DNA of 64,000 bases, from the IMG/VR virus record IMGVR_UViG_3300020204_004581; one strand, written 5' to 3'. A model generated the notes under the pieces. That model saw only the letters and a program-made list of their open reading frames with translations. It did no database searches and was not told the origin of the DNA. How positions within the stretch are numbered: the first letter of the stretch is position 1; each line of letters starts with the position of its first letter. This DNA comes from a virus. Of the stretch, positions 56,367-64,000 are shown one piece after another. The position numbers were made by a program, and so were the translations under genes.

Positions 56367-56959
56367 GAATAGGAATAGAAATTAATGGAGTTTTACGAGA
56401 CACTATTTTGAAATTCAAACAACTTTATGTCAAGTTTCATATTGACCCTTTTTTGGAAACGACAGAGAAGCCGAATTTTGAATATAAAATAAAAGAACCA
56501 ATTACTTCATTGAACTTGATGGACCACTTTGCCTTTCAAAGTAAAGACGAATTTTACAGTTTTATGTACGAAGACCACCCGATGGAAATATTCGGACATT
56601 CCCCGTCTGTTGAGTTATCTACTATGCATGATTTAAATGAATTTTATTACGATATGAGAGATAGTCATGATATAATAATAGTCTCAGATGAAATTGGTAA
56701 ATCTAAACCAGCCTCACTTTTTTTCTTATCCAAGTTTGGTTGTCTTTTAGAGAAAATAAATTTCTACTCAGAAATCACTATAAATTCGATGTGGGACGGG
56801 TTAGACATTTTACTTACTGCAAATCCTGAACTACTATTGAAGAAACCTGATAATAAATTTGTTATTAAGTTTGAGACTTACTACAATAAGGAAGTTTATA
56901 GTGAATACACAATTAAAAGTTTGAAAGAACTCAAAACGAAATTGGAGGAAATTTTATGA
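56363..56959 (+). CDS. 5'(3')-nucleotidase-like HAD-fold protein with degenerate catalytic motif
   Basis: MRIGIEINGVLRD in place of IGIDIDGVL; C-terminal KF.T.YN. Confidence 0.55.
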   Translation: MRIGIEINGVLRDTILKFKQLYVKFHIDPFLETTEKPNFEYKIKEPITSLNLMDHFAFQSKDEFYSFMYEDHPMEIFGHSPSVELSTMHDLNEFYYDMRDSHDIIIVSDEIGKSKPASLFFLSKFGCLLEKINFYSEITINSMWDGLDILLTANPELLLKKPDNKFVIKFETYYNKEVYSEYTIKSLKELKTKLEEIL

Positions 56960-57225
56960 TAAATATACTCGGGGAAAACTACTTCATCGATTTGGATCAA
57001 ATTGAGAGGTATGTTGATATGGGGAATGAAGAAATCACTGGAAGTTCAGAGAATAGAATCAATATTGTGAAATTCGAGTTAGTAAAAATGATGGTGGAAG
57101 TTGTTTTAGCAGATGAGTTACCTGTTGAAGATAACTTAGGTTTGAAAAACAGAAAACAAACCTCCGTCCCATTCAGTATTGCATTCAATAGTCTCTTGAA
57201 TAAAAAAATTATCAAACATTATTAA
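56956..57225 (+). CDS. Hypothetical protein
   Basis: 89 aa, overlapping stop/start with the upstream gene. Confidence 0.65.
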   Translation: MINILGENYFIDLDQIERYVDMGNEEITGSSENRINIVKFELVKMMVEVVLADELPVEDNLGLKNRKQTSVPFSIAFNSLLNKKIIKHY

Positions 57226-57226
57226 T

Positions 57227-58291
57227 ATGGAACAAAAAGTATTGAACTTGGATAAAGTACAAATTTCTATAAATCGACTGAAAGAAAAAAAAGCCAAAAT
57301 TTATTTTTTTGTACAAGATACAAAGGGTAATGCAAAAGCATCAGTCAGATACGTCTATCAAATGGCAATGTCATTGAAAAACAATGGTTTCAATATAATT
57401 ATTCTTCATGAAAAAAATGAATACGTTGGAGTTGGTAAATGGCTTGGTGAAAAATACATGTCTGAAATTAAACATCAATCGATTGAAAATCAAAATTTAG
57501 AAATTGCGCCCGAGGATTTAATTGTGATACCTGAAATTTTTGGATATGTTCTTTCACAAGTTAAAAACCTACCTGCTGGTAAAATTGTTCTATCTCAATC
57601 TTATTCGTCAATACTTGAGACACTTCAACCAGGTGAAAGTTGGTCACAATTTGGGATCACCAAATGTATAACAACATCTACAAAACAAAAAGAGTATGTA
57701 AACAAGATAATGAAGAATGTAACCTTCGATGTAATTACACCGGTAATTTCTGAATGTTTCGAAAAATCCAAATTTCCGGCAAAGACAATTGTTGGTATCC
57801 ACACAAGAGATCAAAGAGATACCATCAATCTTATTAAAACATTTTACTTAAAATATCCACAATACCGTTGGATAACTTTTAGAGATATGAGGGGTTTGTC
57901 GGAAACAGAATTTGCAAATACCATGAAAGATTGTTGCTTGTCAGTTTGGATAGATAATGACAGTAGTTTTGGAACTTTTCCTTTGGAATCAATGAAATGT
58001 GGTGTTCCTGTATTGGGTAAGGTTCCTGATATAATGCCAGAATGGATGTCTGAAGATAATGGGATCTGGATAGCAGACAAGAACATGATTGTAGATTTTG
58101 TTTCTGATTTTATTCAAAATTGGTTGGAAGACAATCTGAATCCCGAGATGTTCATAAAAATGGAAGAAACAGTGAACAAGTATAGTGATTTTACTGAGTT
58201 CGAAAAACAAGTTTGCAAAATCTTCGAAGAGTATCAAATCAAGAGAGCAGAATCTTTCGAAAATCAACTACAAAAATTACAAAATAATTAA
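57227..58291 (+). CDS. GT-B (GT4-like) glycosyltransferase
   Basis: DLIVIPE, SSFGTFPLESMKCGVPVLG (E-x7-E-like region). Confidence 0.7.
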   Translation: MEQKVLNLDKVQISINRLKEKKAKIYFFVQDTKGNAKASVRYVYQMAMSLKNNGFNIIILHEKNEYVGVGKWLGEKYMSEIKHQSIENQNLEIAPEDLIVIPEIFGYVLSQVKNLPAGKIVLSQSYSSILETLQPGESWSQFGITKCITTSTKQKEYVNKIMKNVTFDVITPVISECFEKSKFPAKTIVGIHTRDQRDTINLIKTFYLKYPQYRWITFRDMRGLSETEFANTMKDCCLSVWIDNDSSFGTFPLESMKCGVPVLGKVPDIMPEWMSEDNGIWIADKNMIVDFVSDFIQNWLEDNLNPEMFIKMEETVNKYSDFTEFEKQVCKIFEEYQIKRAESFENQLQKLQNN

Positions 58292-58293
58292 TT

Positions 58294-59100
58294 ATGTCAG
58301 AAAAATTAAATGTTTCGATTATACTACCTATAAAGTCCGCAGTTGTTAGAGATTTCTCAGAATTTTTTGGTAAAGCAATTCAATCTCTAAAGAATCAACA
58401 ATTACCTATAGATGAGTTAATTATTGTTCACACTCAAGAGGAATCTCTTATAAAAGTATTAGATTCCTACGACTTTGGTGATCTCAACGTGAACAAATAC
58501 GTATGGGAGAAAGAACCCAATTTTTGCTCTCAAGTAAATTATGGTGTAGAAAAAGCCAAGAACCCTTGGGTGTCTTTTTTTGAGTTCGATGATGAGTATT
58601 CCTCTATATGGTTCAAGAATGTTGCAAAATACATGAAGGCGTACCCTAATGTTGATGCATTTCTCCCAATCGTTGTAGATACGAATGATAAAGGAGTGTT
58701 CCAAGGATTTACAAATGAAGCTTCTTTTGCGGCAAACTTCTCTCAAGAAATGGGGTATCTAACAAATGAAACACTCAATGATTACACAAACTTCCAAACA
58801 TCAGGTATGGTTTTGAGAAAAAACTCAATTCAAGACTTTGGTGGATTCAAATCTTCAATAAAACTTACGTTTATCTATGAGTTCTTACTCAGAATGACAT
58901 ATAATTCGGTTACAATTATGTCTATTCCAAGATTAGGATACAAGCACACAAACTTAAGAGAGGGTTCAATATTTTGGAATTATAAGAATGGAGAATCAAT
59001 TCTTACAGATGACGAAGTTAGATTTTGGCTACAAACCGCCAAAAAAGAATATTTCTTCGTTGACGATAGGTCAATAAAATACCAAACAACGAATGAATAA
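58294..59100 (+). CDS. GT2-like glycosyltransferase
   Basis: VSIILPI, QVNYGVEKA..PWVSFFEFDDEY, GGF. Confidence 0.7.
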   Translation: MSEKLNVSIILPIKSAVVRDFSEFFGKAIQSLKNQQLPIDELIIVHTQEESLIKVLDSYDFGDLNVNKYVWEKEPNFCSQVNYGVEKAKNPWVSFFEFDDEYSSIWFKNVAKYMKAYPNVDAFLPIVVDTNDKGVFQGFTNEASFAANFSQEMGYLTNETLNDYTNFQTSGMVLRKNSIQDFGGFKSSIKLTFIYEFLLRMTYNSVTIMSIPRLGYKHTNLREGSIFWNYKNGESILTDDEVRFWLQTAKKEYFFVDDRSIKYQTTNE

Positions 59101-59846
59101 TGATCAAGATTCTTTCTGGTCAAACAGAAGAAACACTATCAAAAAAAAGAGGTAGAAAAACAGTCAAAGAAAATTATTTCGATGTAAGAGAAGAAACAGC
59201 GGTTCGAAATTTCCTCGTCGCTGAAACGTGGCAGGAAAAAAACAAAATTTACAACGAATACTTACGGGCTCCTCTCGATAAGATGATTTCGTCAATAATC
59301 AGACGATATAGATTGTATCGTAAAGACATGGATTTTGTTGAAATCCATGTCGACACACATTCGTTTTTAATGACGAAAGTGGACAAATTCAAGCCCGCAA
59401 AAAACAAAAAGGCTTATTCTTATTTCGGTACGATATGTAAGAATTATCTAATGGGCCAAATAATCAAGGACCAAAAAGAAACTAATAGAAAGGTGAGTTA
59501 TGAGGACATTTCCTCATCTCTTGAACAAAGACCAGATTTGATTTATAGAATCGATGACGACGTTTCAGACGTAGAGGGATTGATAAAAAAATATATCAAT
59601 GATCTTAAATTGTTTATGGATTCAGAGTCTCTGAGTGATAACGAACAGAAACTCGGATATGCTTTGATAGATATATTTGAGAACTACGAATTGATTTTCT
59701 CAGGCGCTGACAACAACAAATTTAATAAAAATGTGATATTACTATCACTCAGGGAAATGACAAATTTGAGTACAAAAGAGATTAGAAGTGCAATAAAACG
59801 ATTTAAGAGACTCTACCTTTTCACCCAATCTAAATTGAAAATTTAA
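59100..59846 (+). CDS. Phage sigma factor (gp55-like, probably late)
   Basis: Region-2-like KMISSIIRRY...LMTKVDKFKPAKNKKAYSYFGTICKNYLM. Confidence 0.65.
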   Translation: MIKILSGQTEETLSKKRGRKTVKENYFDVREETAVRNFLVAETWQEKNKIYNEYLRAPLDKMISSIIRRYRLYRKDMDFVEIHVDTHSFLMTKVDKFKPAKNKKAYSYFGTICKNYLMGQIIKDQKETNRKVSYEDISSSLEQRPDLIYRIDDDVSDVEGLIKKYINDLKLFMDSESLSDNEQKLGYALIDIFENYELIFSGADNNKFNKNVILLSLREMTNLSTKEIRSAIKRFKRLYLFTQSKLKI

Positions 59847-59865
59847 CTGAAAGTATTTATACAAT

Positions 59866-60228
59866 ATGCCTCGTCCACAACGAAAAGAAATAAATTTTAC
59901 AAAAGAATCACTTCTGTCTCTAATGCAGGAAATTTACAATGAACTTGTGGAACAAAGAAATACTGCAATAAGAGTTCAAAACAAAATGTTGTCTTTCATG
60001 AAAGATCCTGAGGATATGCAAACAATAGGACCTGTGATAGAAAAACAACAAAAGATTATTAATGATTGTGTTGAAAAAAAGTTAAGCCTTTCGAAACTTC
60101 AAGCTTCGATATGGGAGAAGTCTAACAATCAGCAAGAGAGTTTTTCATTGTCTGACTTGGACGACGATTTAATTCAAAATTTAATTCAAAAAGAAGTGGA
60201 TAGTGACGAGGGATCGTACAAACTGTAA
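59866..60228 (+). CDS. Hypothetical coiled-coil protein
   Basis: 120 aa after a TATTTATA motif. Confidence 0.65.
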   Translation: MPRPQRKEINFTKESLLSLMQEIYNELVEQRNTAIRVQNKMLSFMKDPEDMQTIGPVIEKQQKIINDCVEKKLSLSKLQASIWEKSNNQQESFSLSDLDDDLIQNLIQKEVDSDEGSYKL

Positions 60229-60233
60229 CCTAA

Positions 60234-62162
60234 ATGCCCTCTTTAGATTTAAATAATTCCTACCAAAAAGCTCAAGAAAAAATCAAATCTCTGAAAACAT
60301 TCAGAGAGGTTTCTGACGCAGCAAAAAATCTTGAAGCTTCAAATCAAAAAATACCGTTTGATCAATTTGATAATAACCTACTATCTCCACTAGAAAAACT
60401 CAAAGAACAAAAAAAAAGATATCAAAGACAAGGTCAGTCACAACTACAAAATCTTATGAGTCTTGCAAAAGAAAATGCTGGATCAGGGACAGGTTTTTTG
60501 GGTGATATAAAAAAGAAATTTTTAGAGGCATATACAAGATGTGAACCAAAAATTAAACAAATCATGGATAATGAGATGTTGAAAGCTGTGGGTTGTGCTC
60601 AAGAACAAAAATACAATACATCTTCATCCATTTTCATTCCTGTTCAGGTAATTGATATATTTGGAAAATTAAAAACAGATCCTAACTCTAGTATAGGTAA
60701 ACTTCTTTATGAAAAAAATACTCCCATTTTCGGAGAGTTCCCTTTTTCCATGAATAAAGAACTTTATAACAGAACTCAATCACCGGGTCAGACCTTTTCC
60801 TCATTTTTTGGAAATCCTTACTTAGGTTCATCACAACAGAAACTTTTTGACATAAGTTATGTTACTCAAAACGCTAGAGGGGTTACTGGTGATTTTTTCA
60901 AAGTCAAACTTGAACAAAGACAATCCCAAGGTAATGTCGGTGAGTTTCTTTCTGATTACATGTCCACAATTAGGATTATGGACTCTACTAATATCATGTC
61001 CGAAATTGTGAACCTTTTGACAAACGCTGTGGATATTAAAGCAACAATCGGCTCCGGAGATATAGAATCAAAAACTAAATTTGGATTAATTGTCCAAAGA
61101 GTATTAGGTTTATGTTTCGATAACAGAAAAGAAATTGATGTAAGTGGTATATCTAAAGTTGCTGAATTGGACGGAGTCGATGATTCATTTTTTGAGATGA
61201 CTGATGTAGATAGGGCATTTATTGAAAACAAAATTTCAAATATTCAATTACGGTCTTTAGAATTTGTTGAATGTAATAACTTAAAGGTAGAGGTAGATTA
61301 CAATAACATTGTTAATCAAATGTTGGATGCTATCAACACGGAGAATATTGATGACCCGAAAGTTTTACAAGCCAACATCGAAAAAATTATCAATTCTACG
61401 TCCGATGATCCTTCTTGGAAATTAAAAATTCCGAACGATTTTAATGTAAAGTTGAAAATAGATGAAGACCTTTTATCAAAAATTCCTTTGGCAATCGTTG
61501 CAACGGTGTTGTCTCCAAAGGTACTACTACCAATTTTTATCATGGCAATATCGATTGGTAATGAATATGTGGCAGAATTAAAATCTTTGGAAGAATTTTT
61601 AATTAAATTCAAAAAATTCTTCATTTCTTTCGTATCGAAAGTTGGTTCCCTTTTTGTTGAGGAACTCTTCGAGATTATAAAAAGAGATTTATTAGTCCTC
61701 GTTCAATCTGTCTTAAGAGATATATCGAAATCTAAAGTTATGAAACAATATCAGATGATTGCTTCTCTTTTGGAAGTTGTTACTGCAATAGCTATTCTCA
61801 TCGATGATTACAGAAAATGTAAATCTCTGATTGATAATATTTTAAGTATACTTGGTATTATTCAAAGAGGATTGGGATTAAAAATACCATACCCACTGAT
61901 GCTTTTATCTCCTCTTCTTGGTGGAACCACTCCTGAGGGTACAACCATAAATGTAATCGAACAATTACAGAAATTTGGTTTACCAACGGGTCCAAATGCT
62001 GATGGGACTCCTAATTTTGGGTTGATTGCTGAGTTGGCGAGACAGACAGGCCAAGAAATATCCGAAGCGTCCTCAGGATACGTACAAGTTGCAATACCCC
62101 CTGATATTATTCTACCATCAGGAAGACCAGGACAATTAACTATGAGCGGAAAAAAATTTTAA
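60234..62162 (+). CDS. Hypothetical protein, probable virion/baseplate component
   Basis: 642 aa, in a late operon upstream of the gp5-like gene; hydrophobic helices near the C-terminus. Confidence 0.6.
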   Translation: MPSLDLNNSYQKAQEKIKSLKTFREVSDAAKNLEASNQKIPFDQFDNNLLSPLEKLKEQKKRYQRQGQSQLQNLMSLAKENAGSGTGFLGDIKKKFLEAYTRCEPKIKQIMDNEMLKAVGCAQEQKYNTSSSIFIPVQVIDIFGKLKTDPNSSIGKLLYEKNTPIFGEFPFSMNKELYNRTQSPGQTFSSFFGNPYLGSSQQKLFDISYVTQNARGVTGDFFKVKLEQRQSQGNVGEFLSDYMSTIRIMDSTNIMSEIVNLLTNAVDIKATIGSGDIESKTKFGLIVQRVLGLCFDNRKEIDVSGISKVAELDGVDDSFFEMTDVDRAFIENKISNIQLRSLEFVECNNLKVEVDYNNIVNQMLDAINTENIDDPKVLQANIEKIINSTSDDPSWKLKIPNDFNVKLKIDEDLLSKIPLAIVATVLSPKVLLPIFIMAISIGNEYVAELKSLEEFLIKFKKFFISFVSKVGSLFVEELFEIIKRDLLVLVQSVLRDISKSKVMKQYQMIASLLEVVTAIAILIDDYRKCKSLIDNILSILGIIQRGLGLKIPYPLMLLSPLLGGTTPEGTTINVIEQLQKFGLPTGPNADGTPNFGLIAELARQTGQEISEASSGYVQVAIPPDIILPSGRPGQLTMSGKKF

Positions 62163-62163
62163 T

Positions 62164-62358
62164 ATGAACTTTGAAGAAATTAGAGAAAGCATTAAGGATC
62201 TGAAAAATACGCCAAACAAAAAAATGGTTGATATGATGCAGCATCTTAGTTTAGAACATGAAAATATAAAAAAAGAAATTATAAATTTGACACACTATTT
62301 CGATAAGGTTGAGGAAACATATAATTTAATTTTGGAGGAATATGAAAAAAGAACGTGA
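62164..62358 (+). CDS. Small coiled-coil hypothetical protein
   Basis: 64 aa, tightly packed with neighbours. Confidence 0.6.
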   Translation: MNFEEIRESIKDLKNTPNKKMVDMMQHLSLEHENIKKEIINLTHYFDKVEETYNLILEEYEKRT

Positions 62359-63830
62359 TGATTGACCCTAATTTGATATATTCAAAAATACTATTTCAAG
62401 CAAACGTCTTTGATGATCAAGACCCACTCATGCTTGGAAGGATCAGAGCATCAGCTCAAACAGATAATGTTCAAGCGATTTACAATGCAATTCCTGACTG
62501 GAATGAAATTAATGATCCTTGGACCACAAAAGACCCATTTGTATTTTTACCTCTTTTACCATTCTTTATAAGCCAAACTCCGAAACCAACCGAGATGGTT
62601 CAGATTATTTATCAGAATCCTCGTATTCAATACTCAAATCAATTTTACATTCAAGGTCCATACTCCTCACCCTTGCTTACATCAAGGCAGGATAACCAAG
62701 GGTCAAACAGTATGCTTGGTACAGGTCTTCAATATGAACAATATCCATCTATAAAGGACAAATTCACAGGGACTTACAAAGATGACAAAAGTAAGGGTGT
62801 TTTTCCAGAACCTGGCGACAACGCTATTCTCGGTAGAGGAACTGCTGACATGGTGTTGAAAAGTAATGAAGTACTCCTAAGAGCGGGAAAGACATTTAGC
62901 ACAAACCCAAGGGAATTTCCTGTGGCATACAATAGACGAGCCTTTATACAATTATCACAATTCAACCAAACAAAAAGACAAAACGGATTCAAAAAATATA
63001 AAACACTTCTTGAAGTCATTCTACCTGTTAAATACTTGATAGAATATACGTTATACAATCCTGAAAACAAACAAAACGTTTTTAATGGGGAAATCAATAT
63101 CTTCAAATTTCAAGGCGATGTTCTAACAAATGATGAATTCAGTTTATCGAAAGATTATAATAATACTGTTTTGTCGGAAGTCATCAGAATCGAGAGCTTA
63201 TCCATGTCGGATGTAATACTTAAAATTAACACAACACTTCAGGCATATAATAATAACAAGGATACACCTTTTTTCTTCAGACCTAGTATTACAATATCAA
63301 AATATCTATCATCCACTGCTCCAACAACAGATGACACCTTGACCAACGTATCATTCTTGTATACACAAGTTTTACCGAACCCTACCGCTAGTGTTACTGG
63401 TTCAGGTTTAGTATTTTTTAAAAACGCTTATGGTCAACAATTCTCCCCCAAAAGGGTAGTAGAACCATTAATTGAATATACGTCAGATCCTCAGTCGATT
63501 TCCACTTTGGGCGGTGATATTTTGTATTTTTTGTCACACAAATCACAAATACCAGGAAAACCAATTATCAATCTTGATGGAACTTTATATGGTATTGATC
63601 AAAACAAATTTGTGGACGAGATAATAAATAGCACATCAAGTAGTGTTAGAGGTGAAGAGTTACTCAAGCTCCTAAGTTTGATTGTAAAATTTTTGGTTGG
63701 TCATTCACACCCTTATCATCAACTCCCCCCAACCACTATTGCCACAAATGGGACTTCAGTTCAAGATATCCTTCAAGAAATACAACAAGGGTCTCAAAAA
63801 ATTCTCAACAGTAATATTAGAATCAATTGA
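62358..63830 (+). CDS. Baseplate central spike (gp5/gpV-like)
   Basis: OB-fold-like VFDDQDPLMLGRIRA...LPLLP...PKPTEMVQI; PEPGDNAILGRG; C-terminal VRGEEL...GHSHPYH (HxH tip motif). Confidence 0.7.
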   Translation: MIDPNLIYSKILFQANVFDDQDPLMLGRIRASAQTDNVQAIYNAIPDWNEINDPWTTKDPFVFLPLLPFFISQTPKPTEMVQIIYQNPRIQYSNQFYIQGPYSSPLLTSRQDNQGSNSMLGTGLQYEQYPSIKDKFTGTYKDDKSKGVFPEPGDNAILGRGTADMVLKSNEVLLRAGKTFSTNPREFPVAYNRRAFIQLSQFNQTKRQNGFKKYKTLLEVILPVKYLIEYTLYNPENKQNVFNGEINIFKFQGDVLTNDEFSLSKDYNNTVLSEVIRIESLSMSDVILKINTTLQAYNNNKDTPFFFRPSITISKYLSSTAPTTDDTLTNVSFLYTQVLPNPTASVTGSGLVFFKNAYGQQFSPKRVVEPLIEYTSDPQSISTLGGDILYFLSHKSQIPGKPIINLDGTLYGIDQNKFVDEIINSTSSSVRGEELLKLLSLIVKFLVGHSHPYHQLPPTTIATNGTSVQDILQEIQQGSQKILNSNIRIN

Positions 63831-63849
63831 TATTTATTGATAAAGGTTG

Positions 63850-64000
63850 ATGTCAATTTTCAGATCATATTTTAGCAAGAACAATACAATTGTCCAAAAT
63901 AATCTTGTGAATACAGGAAGGAATCCTGTCATGCAATTAAATTTTGGAACAAGTCAACAAATTTTACCTCCTGCTGGTTTTTCAAGATTTATATTTGATT
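63850..64000 (+). CDS. Partial late gene, probable virion protein
   Basis: MSIFRSYFSKNNTIVQNNLVNTGRNPVMQLNFG...SRFIFD, open to the window end; preceded by TATTTAT at 63831. Confidence 0.6.
   Translation, partial: MSIFRSYFSKNNTIVQNNLVNTGRNPVMQLNFGTSQQILPPAGFSRFIFD

Noticed and set aside
45219-59100. Host capsule/LPS locus misassembled into the phage contig
   Set aside because: No wzx/wzy/ABC export genes; the GTs are tightly coupled to phage-type genes and show no obvious compositional break.
371-63106. Many short ORFs in the track that overlap long genes on the opposite strand or in another frame
   Set aside because: They lie within motif-bearing genes, have no recognisable motifs, and are typical shadow ORFs.
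1-64000. Stop-codon reassignment, as seen in some large phages
   Set aside because: Conserved genes are full length in code 11, and TAA, TGA and TAG all occur as real stops at tight gene junctions.
1-64000. tRNA or rRNA genes
   Set aside because: Intergenic gaps are short (mostly under 120 nt) and none shows a cloverleaf or T-loop consensus by eye.

Overview
This window is a gene-dense, AT-rich segment of a large contractile-tailed (myovirus-type, probably jumbo/huge) phage in the standard genetic code. The host is most plausibly Bacteroidota: there are no Shine-Dalgarno sites, early promoters follow TTG..TATATTT(G), and the PolB-like exonuclease looks Bacteroidota-type. Left part (minus strand): gp32-like SSB, baseplate hub/wedge/tube-initiator proteins, tape measure, tail chaperone pair with a probable +1/-2 frameshift, tail tube, HAD phosphatase, tail sheath and neck proteins. 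Middle: SET-domain remnant, SNF2 helicase, a Mn/Fe-SOD fused to a nuclease-like domain, neck protein and family-B DNA polymerase. A minus-strand block then pairs two Thr/Pro-repeat (mucin-like) LamG proteins and a NAL1-like serine protease with a GT60 (polypeptide GlcNAc-transferase family) enzyme, a GT25 and two HtrL/YibB-like transferases. Right part (plus strand): late head-region genes including a stand-alone WYL protein; a nucleotide-sugar/glycosyltransferase cluster (UGD-like, GME-like, GT10, GT11, GT2, GT4, FkbM) interleaved with dut, exonuclease and phoH; a gp55-like sigma factor; and a gp5-like spike. The best candidate for an undescribed system is a phage-encoded mucin-type O-glycosylation pathway for virion fibre proteins. 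All family assignments come from recognising motifs by eye, not from database searches.
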